A stretch of 64,000 bases of DNA from Nitrospirota bacterium (GCA_963721805.1 CAVRJY010000002.1:288001-352000); one strand, 5' to 3'; shown: positions 29,939 to 39,388, numbered from the stretch's first letter. Translations and numbers: made by a program. Notes: generated by a model not told the origin, from the sequence alone.

Positions 29939-30482
29939 CTAATCCTGTTTCCTCCATCTTTGGATTCGATTAATTTTCTCTTCTAGAAACCACTGAAAGT
30001 AACCTTTATATCTTTTCTGTAGGTCAGGCAGTTTCCAATCATTATCAGTCACATGTGTTCTGCATTGTTTTGCACCACACAGACATTTAATTTTGTATGG
30101 TCTTGTCCCTTTCGTTCTTGAAAGCACCATTCCATAATCAAAAGTCACTTCCGCCCCCCCCCCGTATATTCTTCATCGCCACGAGGAATATCTGCCCTTT
30201 AAAGCCTGCATTCGGGTTACAGCTATGATTTATAAATGTGCCGTCAACTTTCGCCTCAGATATACTTCTTATGCCTATGATAAATTCTTCACTTATTTGC
30301 ATTCCGTAATCTCTTATGGATTCAGGTAATTTTTCCTCTTCTGCGCTCGTCATAATGTATCCACCAAATATGCATAAAAGGGTTCCCTTGCGAATAGCTT
30401 CTTTCGCATAAAGCCCTTTGCCCGTTAACTTAGTAATACGCAGCTGAAGTTTTGGGTTTATCCATGAAAAGGGGTGTTCCAT
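29939..30482 (-). pseudogene. SET-domain methyltransferase with post-SET, frameshifted at a G10 tract
   Basis: GKGLYA and INHSCNPN in 30138-30482; EVTFDY and CLCGAKQCR in 29939-30148; deleting one G at 30154-30163 fuses them into 180 aa. Confidence 0.88.
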
Positions 30483-30486
30483 GATT

Positions 30487-30888
30487 TTATTGCGTAGGTG
30501 AGATAACCCTAAACCCCCGTTTCATCTTTCTTGCCTTGACCCTATCATGCTTGAGGTTGTCCGTAATGTGCTTTACGATGCTGTCCGTCTCGGCTTTCCC
30601 TCCGCATGTGAAGACATCACAGGCGACATATTCATATTCATACCAAGTGTGGAATGATATGTGAGAAGCGGACAGAAGGAAATACCCCGTGAGTCCGTAT
30701 GGGGAAAACTTGTAGAAGTGCTTATTCAGCAGCTTTGCCTCTGTCCCAGCCATGGCTTTCGTCAACAGCTTTTCCCAAAAGGGCTGGGAGTTTAGCTGCC
30801 GCTTGTTGCACCCGAAAAACTCCAACAGGTAATGCACCCCATCGGGCGCACTATTCTTCAGATGCGTCTTGCTTCCCTTATTGGTCAA
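30487..30888 (-). CDS. speD: SpeD-like decarboxylase proenzyme (copy B, variant A-SH cleavage site)
   Basis: GVHYLLEFFGC, FSPYGLTGYFLLSA-SHISFHTW, CDVFTCG. Confidence 0.85.
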   Translation of the reverse strand: MTNKGSKTHLKNSAPDGVHYLLEFFGCNKRQLNSQPFWEKLLTKAMAGTEAKLLNKHFYKFSPYGLTGYFLLSASHISFHTWYEYEYVACDVFTCGGKAETDSIVKHITDNLKHDRVKARKMKRGFRVISPTQ

Positions 30889-30972
30889 GAAGACATCCCC
30901 CTATAAGGCCGTAACATCAGGAATAATTATACATTATTTTCAATTGGCATGCGGGAATTTCTGCTGTAGCCG

Positions 30973-31380
30973 CTACGCAATGTTGCATATGGGATATTTC
31001 GTCCCTCTCTTGATGAAATTGGTTTCGATCTCGTGAAGGGCGAACTTCTCTCTAAAATAGCTTTCAATTATCGCGGGCTCCATTCCGTTTTTGCAGGAAT
31101 AGACATCGGCGCTCAGAAACCTGCGGGCCGGAAAAGTATGGATACTGATATGGCTTTCGGCCACGACCACAAATCCGCTCCAGCCGCCGGGGTCTTTGCC
31201 AAAAGTATCGGGAGCAAAATATACCTGAGGCTCTGCCAGCTTGTTCATGCCGAGGGAATCCGGCAACTCATGAAACACGCTTAAGACCAGCTCTCGGTTA
31301 TTGAGCTTTTCAGGATCGCCGCCGTAACCGTCGATGGTTAAATGTTCGCCAAAATTACAGAATGAACTTTTCGTGTTCAC
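30973..31380 (-). CDS. speD: SpeD-like decarboxylase proenzyme (copy A)
   Basis: AAGGAG RBS and GTG; GEHLTIDGY, GGWSGFVVVAE-SHISIHTFP, DVYSC. Confidence 0.9.
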   Translation of the reverse strand: MNTKSSFCNFGEHLTIDGYGGDPEKLNNRELVLSVFHELPDSLGMNKLAEPQVYFAPDTFGKDPGGWSGFVVVAESHISIHTFPARRFLSADVYSCKNGMEPAIIESYFREKFALHEIETNFIKRGTKYPICNIA

Positions 31381-31400
31381 GTTCTCCTTAACTCGCTGTC

Positions 31401-31428
31401 TTGACAGCCTTATTCTTCGCGTTAGACT
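31401..31428 (+). promoter_or_regulatory. Putative promoter for the recombinase, outside the invertible segment
   Basis: TTGACA-16 nt-TAGACT. Confidence 0.55.
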
Positions 31429-31442
31429 GAATTTGATGCCCT

Positions 31443-31470
31443 TAAGCTCCTCTTTGTAAAGAGGAGCTTA
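31443..31470. repeat. Left serine-recombinase crossover site
   Basis: TAAGCTCCTCTTT-GT-AAAGAGGAGCTTA: perfect 13-bp inverted arms around a 2-bp asymmetric core. Confidence 0.88.
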
Positions 31471-31485
31471 GAGCCCGAAAGAGGT

Positions 31486-32253
31486 ATGAATCATGGGAAA
31501 CAAAGCAAAAAAAAGCAGAAGGTAGTCGCCTACTGCCGGGTATCCACTTTGGAGCAGAAAAAGCGGGGACATGGGATCGATATTCAGATTCGAGACGTTT
31601 CGATATTTGCCGAACGGCACGGGATGATGGTTGAAAAGTTCTACATGGATGAAGCAGTAAGCGGCACTAAGGAAAATAGAAAAGCCCTGAATCAACTGAT
31701 GAGAGATTGCAGGGCCGGAAGGATTGGCATCGTGATCCTCCCCTCGTTAGATCGGCTTTCGAGGGAAGTCAGGATCGCTGAAAACCTGTTTCATGAATTT
31801 GAAAAGCTGCGAATCAAAATTCTCATCGCCGATATGCCGCAGTATAACGGGGAACACAAGGATATTTTGATCAGGCAGATTCTTGAAGCTATTTCAGAGG
31901 AGAACCGCCGGGAGATAATTGAAAGATTGCTGAAAGGACGGCAGGAACGAGTCAGGAAAGGCTTATTCCCCGGCGGCACTCTGCCCTATGGCTACGTTAG
32001 AGAAGATAAGGCCGTCAGAGTTTATCCGCAAGAAGCTGAAATCGTGGCTAGGATTTATGAGCTGGATGCTGACGGACAGGCAGGTAAAGCTATCGCGGAT
32101 GCCCTTAATGAAAGCGGACGGGTGCGGAGAAATGGTAAACCTTGGACTCAAAGGCAAGTTTGCCGAGTCCTCAAGCATGAAAGAATATATCGGGAAGGGA
32201 TGCTGCATTACGGAGATATTATGGTGAACAACAGCGCCTTTGCTGTTCTTTGA
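31486..32253 (+). CDS. Serine recombinase (catalytic plus recombinase domain), probable DNA invertase
   Basis: AYCRVST nucleophile, SLDRLSR, GG.LPYGY, PQEAEIVARIYEL, IADALN; ends with no zinc ribbon or coiled coil. Confidence 0.92.
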   Translation: MNHGKQSKKKQKVVAYCRVSTLEQKKRGHGIDIQIRDVSIFAERHGMMVEKFYMDEAVSGTKENRKALNQLMRDCRAGRIGIVILPSLDRLSREVRIAENLFHEFEKLRIKILIADMPQYNGEHKDILIRQILEAISEENRREIIERLLKGRQERVRKGLFPGGTLPYGYVREDKAVRVYPQEAEIVARIYELDADGQAGKAIADALNESGRVRRNGKPWTQRQVCRVLKHERIYREGMLHYGDIMVNNSAFAVL

Positions 32254-32312
32254 AGTTAGGTGTATATTGGCTCATCTATTTTTAGGCTTTCAATCAATAT
32301 ATTGCAAATCTC

Positions 32313-32345
32313 TTGACAGGCCTGTCTAAATTGAAATACTATAAT
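32313..32345 (+). promoter_or_regulatory. Outward-facing sigma70-type promoter inside the invertible segment
   Basis: TTGACA (32313)-18 nt-TACTAT, overlapping TATAAT (32340); palindrome GACAGGCCTGTC (32315-32326) overlaps -35. Confidence 0.7.
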
Positions 32346-32357
32346 CCAGTTTTGAAA

Positions 32358-32385
32358 TAAGCTCCTCTTTACAAAGCGGAGCTTA
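32358..32385. repeat. Right serine-recombinase crossover site, inverted relative to left
   Basis: TAAGCTCCTCTTT-AC-AAAGCGGAGCTTA; reverse complement matches the left site at 27/28. Confidence 0.88.
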
Positions 32386-32569
32386 AAATAAAATGTGAGG
32401 ATCACAGGTCCTCTTTTTCGTATTATACCCTCTTCCACAATTCGCTTTTTAAGGTCAGTCAGCTTGACAGTCCTTTGATTTTGTGTTTTGATTCTTCGTT
32501 AAATATATTTGCCGAAATAGGCAAATTCTCCCGCCTTTTTTAAATCATTGGCTGCGATAATCTAAAACC

Positions 32570-32846
32570 ATGCGAAAGAAATATTCCCAAGGTTCTATTA
32601 ATAGTCTGCGGAAATACAGGAAAGGCAAGGGGTCTGAAACAGAAAGAGGTAGCGGAGATTCTGGAGATCAATAACAGCATGGTTTCACGCTGGGAAAAGG
32701 GCTCGTGTATACCGGATTCTCTAAACCTGATGGATCTCTCCATGCTTTACCGGACGGCAACTGACGCATTATTCAGCGACTACAGAGCCATGCGCAAAGA
32801 AACAATCCTGCAAAGAGAGGCGCTGGTTATAGCTAATAGAAATTAA
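32570..32846 (+). pseudogene. XRE-family HTH regulator, frameshifted
   Basis: NSLRKYR then shifted frame KARGLKQKEVAEILEINNSMVSRWEKG; one extra base near 32620. Confidence 0.75.
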
Positions 32847-32857
32847 TATACAAAACT

Positions 32858-33265
32858 ATGGAGCATATTGATCACTACCTGAAGACAAGCAAATTTAATG
32901 AGGCCGGGCAATATGATCAGCCCGCGCCGGTTATCCGTAATATGGGGAATGGCGGCTGGTATTGGATAGATAAAAACATCTTAAAGGTCTACGCCAAGAG
33001 CTTAGGGCCTTCAGCTATCGCGGTCTACAATGTCCTTGCGCTGTTTTCAAACGCCAAGACGCAAGCCTGCTATCCTTCCCACAAGACCATAGGCAGAATT
33101 GCCGGGATGAACAAAAAGACAGTCAGCCAGAAGATGCGGCACTTGGAAAGGGCGGGTCTAATTTGCCGGGAATGGCAAAAAGGACAGACCATCTATTACT
33201 TGCTCGATGTCCGGCAGGCGACAATAACGACCAAGGAAGTGGAAGAAAAGCCCCCTGACGGGTGA
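32858..33265 (+). CDS. Winged-HTH replication-initiator-like protein
   Basis: WYWID..LGPSAIAVYNVL..CYPSHKTIGRIAGM..TV...LERAGLI. Confidence 0.8.
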   Translation: MEHIDHYLKTSKFNEAGQYDQPAPVIRNMGNGGWYWIDKNILKVYAKSLGPSAIAVYNVLALFSNAKTQACYPSHKTIGRIAGMNKKTVSQKMRHLERAGLICREWQKGQTIYYLLDVRQATITTKEVEEKPPDG

Positions 33266-33342
33266 CAAAAACGGACCCTAACAATAATAAAGAACAAGAA
33301 TTAATTAACAAAAAGATAGATTAATTATTTAAAACAAAAACT

Positions 33343-33594
33343 ATGATTAAAGGATTCAAACCGCAAACCAAGGAAGAACTGTTGGCACTGTATGTCGCTA
33401 AAGCGTTGGATGATGTAAAGAGCTTGCCGTTCTATTTATCCTGCACAAAACACTTTTCGGAAGATTACGTCAGGGAAGCCCTGCATGCCGTAAGGAAGGA
33501 GGCCATTCAAAAGATAAAGAACAGACGGACCACATTTTTTAAATATTTAATGCAAATAAATGCCAAAGGAACCAAAAAGAATTCTGGCCATTAA
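33343..33594 (+). CDS. Small hypothetical protein
   Basis: 83-aa ORF in operon between HTH and RuvC-like genes. Confidence 0.65.
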   Translation: MIKGFKPQTKEELLALYVAKALDDVKSLPFYLSCTKHFSEDYVREALHAVRKEAIQKIKNRRTTFFKYLMQINAKGTKKNSGH

Positions 33595-34058
33595 TCCGGG
33601 AACCAAATACATTGGCATTGCCTATTTTCAAGATGCCGATCTTAGAGATTGGGGCATCAAGATGATTGCCGGTAAATGGTCCCAAAGCAAAGCTGATAAG
33701 AATGCAGGCGCTCATTACCGACCTTATATCCCGCTATAAGCCGGACATCATGGTCATTAAGATCATCAACCCTTCCCTGCGATCCGGCAATCTGAATATG
33801 CTGATTGCCGAGATACGAAGTATCGCCAAGAGGAAAGGGATCGTTATTGAAGAATACTCGATTGAAGACTTGAGAAACTTCTACTCGCCGAATAAGCGGA
33901 TTAACAAAAGGCAGTTTGCAGAATTAGTGGCCGCCGAATATAATGCTCTTCACCATTCGCTTGATTGGGGCAAGGAGCACAAGAATACATATAGCAGCCG
34001 GATGTTTGAAGCGGTAGCATTAGGTGCATTTGTTTTCGTGTCTAGATGTCGATTATAA
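33560..34058 (+). pseudogene. RuvC/RNase H-fold protein, frameshifted
   Basis: MPKEPKRILAINPGTKYIGIA from 33560; frame break near 33685; continues LISRYKPDIMVI..MFEAVALG. Confidence 0.7.
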
Positions 34059-34164
34059 AAGCTCCAAAAACATATTCCCTTTCTAATCCTATTTAGTTAT
34101 ACTCCTTGAGTGGCAAGGGCCTTCCAGACAGCATATTTCAGATAGCTAATCGGGGGATGGTAAT

Positions 34165-37011
34165 ATGGTCAAGAACATTCTCGCCTGTATAAACAGTCGA
34201 ATTGTCATAAGCCTTTTTAACCTATTTCTGCTATTCTCATTGCCCCTAATTTCTGGGTGTAGTGTTGCCCTTTCGCCACTTTCCAGCAAGGAATATCTAA
34301 TGTATTATGATGGGGATTATGAGAAAACAATACAATACTTTGACAATGGGACAAGCTTACTTTCAGCACACGAAAAGAAAAGAATCCTTGATGAAAACAT
34401 CAAAAGAATAAAAACAAATCAGGAAACAACTTTCGAATTCATCTACTACAGATTCGATCAGGAATATCTGATAAAGTCACTCTTAGCTACGGGTGAATTT
34501 GACCGAGCACTAAAACTCTGTGACGAGGGACTTAAAGAGTGCGAGATGTTCGCGGACCTCTTTAAGCGATACAAATATAGCCCCGAAAGTCCTGTTGAGA
34601 CGAATCATCAGCTTAGATTTGACCTGTTGCGGCTTAAGGGGTATGTCATATGGTTTAAAACTGGAGACGAAGACACCGCTTTCAAATATTTCAATAAGTC
34701 TATGGCGAGTGATCCATCCGACCAGCAATACATCACATTCCTTGATTCATTGGGTAAACAGAAATTAGCATTTCTTATGGACAACGCCTATTTTAATGAC
34801 AAGATTCTTGGCAAGCATCGAGAGGCTCTGGCCTATTTTCAGCAAGTTGTGGGTCTTTGCGATAAGTTAACGCTACTCGACATTGACATGCAATATGGTT
34901 TTAAGGAGATGGCCTACCTACGAATGATGACCATCAAGATGCATCTAGGCGAGCTTGAAGAAGCCAAGAAAGAACTCGACAAATGGAATGACCTGATGAA
35001 CACGTTTGTTATTCGCAGTGCCAGTCTGGTTGTGAAGAATTCTAAGTTATATCGAGGCCCCCTTGCTGAATCCTATTCTTATGCTGGGGCCTTGTATGCT
35101 CTGGAGAGAGATTTCGAAACATCAAAAATATATTTTGATAAGGCGCTTGATGTAATAAAAACGATTGAACCGGATAAGCATAATATGTTTGATCGCATAG
35201 CTTTGGGCACTTACTATACGCTTTACGGGACTTATTACTGCGGTCTGCAATCCGGAAAGCTTGAAGAGGCAATTGAAAATACGGACAAGGGCTTGAATTA
35301 CGTGCCACCCTTTTTCATGGCGGATGCATCATCTGATTTGGACATCGAAACCGCATATAGATATTCAGCCGAACTCTATTTTATAAAGAAGGACTATGCT
35401 ACAGCAAAAGGGCGTGCGCTAAAAGCCTTGGAATATGCGCTAAAGAAACAAAACAAGGTCGCTGCCGCTGCTGCGCATACAATTTTAGGACAAATTTATT
35501 ACGCGAAAAATGAAAAGTCAGCTGCACGGCAGGAATACGAGAAAGCGCTTAGAATAGCTGAACATCATGGAAACGAAAGCACAGATGACTGGAAGCTCTA
35601 TTATGGCCTCGGTCAGGTTTACGAAGACTCCGGTGACAAGACCGGCGCGCTGAAATATTACGGAGACGCAGTCCGCGAGGTTGAGAAACTTTGGAGTGGC
35701 AGATTCAAGGATACAGTCAAGCAAGTTAGCTTTATCGATGACCGGCTCATAGTTTTCGAGCCGATGATCAGAATCCTCCATGCGCAGAAAAATGATAAGG
35801 AAGCCGTTCGTTATATGGAGATGTCAAAAGCCAGAACGTTTTATGAGGCCTCGCCATTTTATCCCGCCGAGGCGGGCAAGAATATAGAAGCATGGTCTCC
35901 TGTTAAGCCCATGAGTATCAATGATCTAAGGGCCTCGGTCTCTGATACAACAGCGATATTGGAATATTATGTGGGAGCCCGTTCTGTCATGGCCGCCATT
36001 ATCACCAAGAAAGAAGTTCATATTGAAGAGCTGAAAATTGATAATTTACAGAAGAAAATAATTGCCTTTAATCTGTATATGGCAAACCCAGATTATGAGT
36101 ATCCGACTGAGAGAGGCATAGAGCTATATGCTGCTTTAGTGGCTCCATTTACAAAATATTTAGCTGGTTATGACTCACTCTGTATCATCCCACATGGGGT
36201 GCTGCATTATCTTCCGTTTCAAGCGCTCATTACCGGAAAAGATACGTCGTCATTTTTAATCGATAAATATAAAGTATTTTACGCTCCGAGTTTGACAATC
36301 CTGAACACGGTCTATAAATCTAACCGGACTAATAAGGTCAAATTGTTAGCGGTTGCGAATTCTCTTGAGGTGGATGTTAAAGACCTAAATCTTGGAAAGG
36401 ATACACTCCCTAGGCTTGCGAATGTTATCAAGGAGGCAAGGGAGGTTGGGCAGCTGTTTGACGATACCAATAAGACCATTATCGTTGACGATAAGGCGAC
36501 AAAGACTACAGTGAGCGATACCGCGAGCGCATACGACATATTATTGTTTTCAACTCATGGCCTCATGGTTAGCAATGAGCCATTAAAATCATGCATTTTT
36601 CTCTCAAAGGATAATGAGAATAACGGGCGGTTATCTGTCGATGATATTGAAAAGTTAAAGCTGAATTCAAACTTGGTAATATTAAGTGCGTGCGAAACAG
36701 GACTTGTTTCGAGCTACGCGGGCAATGGTGATGATAATAATCCTTATGACACTAGATTTCCACTTGGAGATGATCTGGCGGGACTTCAACGAGCGTTTAT
36801 GAAAGCAGGCTCAGCCTCAATTCTTTCAACACTTTGGTCAGTAAATGATACGGCAACAAAATCGTTTATTGTAGATTTTGTGAAGCATTATAAAGGTGGA
36901 GATGATAAAATCTCTGCTTTACAAACAGCTGCGCTTAATATAAAATCAACTGAAAAATGGAAGCATCCATACTACTGGGCGGCATTTATCCTGAGCGGCG
37001 ACTGGAGGTAG
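34165..37011 (+). CDS. TPR plus CHAT (caspase-like protease) domain protein, putative lipoprotein
   Basis: LISGC lipobox; TPR-like repeats; IIPHGVLHYLPF, STHG, LSACETG, LWSVND, HPYYWAAF. Confidence 0.92.
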   Translation: MVKNILACINSRIVISLFNLFLLFSLPLISGCSVALSPLSSKEYLMYYDGDYEKTIQYFDNGTSLLSAHEKKRILDENIKRIKTNQETTFEFIYYRFDQEYLIKSLLATGEFDRALKLCDEGLKECEMFADLFKRYKYSPESPVETNHQLRFDLLRLKGYVIWFKTGDEDTAFKYFNKSMASDPSDQQYITFLDSLGKQKLAFLMDNAYFNDKILGKHREALAYFQQVVGLCDKLTLLDIDMQYGFKEMAYLRMMTIKMHLGELEEAKKELDKWNDLMNTFVIRSASLVVKNSKLYRGPLAESYSYAGALYALERDFETSKIYFDKALDVIKTIEPDKHNMFDRIALGTYYTLYGTYYCGLQSGKLEEAIENTDKGLNYVPPFFMADASSDLDIETAYRYSAELYFIKKDYATAKGRALKALEYALKKQNKVAAAAAHTILGQIYYAKNEKSAARQEYEKALRIAEHHGNESTDDWKLYYGLGQVYEDSGDKTGALKYYGDAVREVEKLWSGRFKDTVKQVSFIDDRLIVFEPMIRILHAQKNDKEAVRYMEMSKARTFYEASPFYPAEAGKNIEAWSPVKPMSINDLRASVSDTTAILEYYVGARSVMAAIITKKEVHIEELKIDNLQKKIIAFNLYMANPDYEYPTERGIELYAALVAPFTKYLAGYDSLCIIPHGVLHYLPFQALITGKDTSSFLIDKYKVFYAPSLTILNTVYKSNRTNKVKLLAVANSLEVDVKDLNLGKDTLPRLANVIKEAREVGQLFDDTNKTIIVDDKATKTTVSDTASAYDILLFSTHGLMVSNEPLKSCIFLSKDNENNGRLSVDDIEKLKLNSNLVILSACETGLVSSYAGNGDDNNPYDTRFPLGDDLAGLQRAFMKAGSASILSTLWSVNDTATKSFIVDFVKHYKGGDDKISALQTAALNIKSTEKWKHPYYWAAFILSGDWR

Positions 37012-37203
37012 ATTTGATAAAATTGCCCATAAGTAATCCTATAAGCAATATAGGATATATCGTGATCTTTCTATTATCGCTCCTTATTTGGATATTTTTT
37101 TATTATATGAATATGCGGCTTTATACAGGATCAACCGCTGTCGTTGTTATAATGTTAGCAATCATCGTCTTTGTTTGGGAAAAACTTTTATTAAGGAAAA
37201 AGC

Positions 37204-37944
37204 ATGAAGAGAAACCTTAAGCTGTTCTCTCTGTTGTTTATTCTTGTTGGCATTATATCTGGGTGCGCCTCTGTTAATCATGAATCTGAGCCTATCCTTA
37301 ATGGAGATGATACTCGTGGTCTGTCTCGTGAGACAGGCAGGGCTTTCTTGGTTGAAGATCAAAAAGAGGCAAAAGGCTATGGCCTTTATAGCTACCTACT
37401 CTTTAGCACACCCCCCACTGACGCTAACAGTCGTGACCAATACCTGCAAGCAATAACAAATTATGTGAACATGATCTCGACCGTGCGAGACTTAGAAAAA
37501 GCCAATATTCCAAAAAAAGAGTTAAATATTGTTTATCTTCCGCTTACTCTTCCGCCGCCGCCTGCCCCATCGGCTGAGTGGCTACTCGATCATTATAATT
37601 ATGCCCGTGCGAGGGCATTGATCAGAACAATTCAAGGTGATCTTCGGGACGGCCCATATATTATATCTACCCTAAAACCTTTGGATGCTCACAACAATGA
37701 GAATAGTAAATATATTCGTCTGGACCTTTCACACGTTCCACCGCCGATTATTTCATTATGGGTAAAGGAATTTATGACTCAAGCAGCCAAAGAACACTAT
37801 TGGGAAGAGGATACGGCAAGGAGATTGGTTCTTAACGTGCGCACGACATTAGAAGCTCTTGCCGTTGGCACCAAAGAAGTTAGTACGGTATTGGCATCAA
37901 ATACGGTTATCGCCCTACTGGAAATGAAAAAGGGGTTCCAGTAG
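37204..37944 (+). CDS. Putative lipoprotein
   Basis: MKRNLK, hydrophobic core, ISGC lipobox. Confidence 0.8.
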   Translation: MKRNLKLFSLLFILVGIISGCASVNHESEPILNGDDTRGLSRETGRAFLVEDQKEAKGYGLYSYLLFSTPPTDANSRDQYLQAITNYVNMISTVRDLEKANIPKKELNIVYLPLTLPPPPAPSAEWLLDHYNYARARALIRTIQGDLRDGPYIISTLKPLDAHNNENSKYIRLDLSHVPPPIISLWVKEFMTQAAKEHYWEEDTARRLVLNVRTTLEALAVGTKEVSTVLASNTVIALLEMKKGFQ

Positions 37945-38044
37945 AATCAGCTCTTTCAAAGTTATGCACAGTTCAGCACTTTGACAGCAAGTATTGATGA
38001 GGTATTATTAAGTCAGATTAGAATAATTAACTAGATAAACTACT

Positions 38045-38572
38045 ATGAATATTGAAGACCCCACCAAAGGAGTGGGAGCCCCGCATAAACCAGAAAGTGG
38101 CTGCGTAGAAAATCCCGAAGATTCAGATTCCAAAAAAGCAGCACCTGAAACCGGTGAGGGAATTGAAGCATCGGGTGATATAACTAAAGAGGATATCGAA
38201 GACAAAAAAGAACAAATGCGAGCGGCAGCCGAAGAATGGATTCAAGGGCAAGAAAAGCTATTGGAAGATCAGATGCGTGGTCGATTACAACAATTTGAAA
38301 ATATTGGGTCTGGGCTGGGTGTGGCTCTTTTCTTAGGTGCTGATATTTTTGTCGCTGGTGACACAAACCCTATTCGTATGCTTATTGGTTCATCAATCGC
38401 CGGCTGGATAGGGAAAGCGCTTGGGAATGTCGCTGGTGAAATTACAAATTACTTCGAGCGCAAAAAGTCGAAGCTGAATGAACAAAAAGCGGAAATCGAA
38501 AGAAAAATACAGGGCAAACCATCAACTTTTGAAGAAGTAAAAGATTCACTGGATCAAATTAATAATAAATAA
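38045..38572 (+). CDS. Hypothetical protein with acidic N-terminus and glycine-rich hydrophobic segment
   Basis: 175-aa ORF, TTGACA/TATTAT promoter-like sequence upstream. Confidence 0.7.
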   Translation: MNIEDPTKGVGAPHKPESGCVENPEDSDSKKAAPETGEGIEASGDITKEDIEDKKEQMRAAAEEWIQGQEKLLEDQMRGRLQQFENIGSGLGVALFLGADIFVAGDTNPIRMLIGSSIAGWIGKALGNVAGEITNYFERKKSKLNEQKAEIERKIQGKPSTFEEVKDSLDQINNK

Positions 38573-38576
38573 GCCT

Positions 38577-38894
38577 ATGGACACTAAGCAACCATTAGAA
38601 AACATAAAAGATTTGAATCTATTCTTCGATGCAATCGGGTTTGACGAAAAAACAAAGGCTAATCATCTTGGACGAATCATGACAATAATATTGGCCTCCG
38701 TGTCTGAAAAACTTGATCGAGTAACTACGAGCAAAGACAGCGTAGAGCTTCCCGCAATGGAATCAATCGACGATTTTTATGATCATTATGCGCAACACGT
38801 TGATCGAGCGACAATCAATAAGATTATCGAAGAGGAAACCTATAAAGCATTCGCGGGCTACTTCGGAGCTATTGCTAATCAGCTGCCAAAATAG
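38577..38894 (+). CDS. Small acidic helical hypothetical protein
   Basis: 105-aa ORF starting 4 bp after the previous stop. Confidence 0.7.
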   Translation: MDTKQPLENIKDLNLFFDAIGFDEKTKANHLGRIMTIILASVSEKLDRVTTSKDSVELPAMESIDDFYDHYAQHVDRATINKIIEEETYKAFAGYFGAIANQLPK

Positions 38895-38962
38895 AAATTA
38901 CTTGCGATAGAGTGTCATCAATATCATCATCACTCGTGATAGGGTGAGCCTGTTTTATATAT

Positions 38963-39388
38963 TTATGAAATCTCAGACAGAAAATCCTTTGCGGTCATTA
39001 CTCGCACTCTGCCTTGCACACTCTCTGCAAAAAAATGGGCATCACCGGTCAGAAAGTAATCCGGCTTGGTCTGGAGCACTGCGGCCAAGATATGGGCATC
39101 CTTCTTGTGACTTATCAGCCCTTGGGCCTCCATTAATTTATGCCTATATTTCGAGCGCGGGATAATTGCCATGTCACTCAGGGCTCGTTCAACTTCAGAT
39201 AGTGCAATTTCGAGAGTTCGGTCTTTAAGGTATTTCAGTTTCCGGCGGACGACCGCTTTCAGCTCATCGACTGCGTCTTCGCAGGTAATTAGATCAATCT
39301 CGACAAGTCCGATGATCTTCGCTTCATTGCCGTCAAAGAAGATACCGGAGAGGAGGACATTGGTATCTAAGAAAACCTTGAGCCTCAT
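38963..39388 (-). CDS. PIN-domain toxin (VapC-like)
   Basis: VFLDTNVLLS, DAHILAA, LTGDAHF. Confidence 0.9.
   Translation of the reverse strand: MRLKVFLDTNVLLSGIFFDGNEAKIIGLVEIDLITCEDAVDELKAVVRRKLKYLKDRTLEIALSEVERALSDMAIIPRSKYRHKLMEAQGLISHKKDAHILAAVLQTKPDYFLTGDAHFFAESVQGRVRVMTAKDFLSEIS

Noticed and set aside
31443..31470. Palindrome read as a transcription terminator
   Set aside because: No U-tract, a 2-nt centre, and a second inverted copy on the other side of a serine recombinase fit a crossover site better.
33560..34058. RuvC-like gene as a Cas12/TnpB effector
   Set aside because: Only ~165 aa, Asn at the first catalytic Asp position, and no array or IS ends seen.
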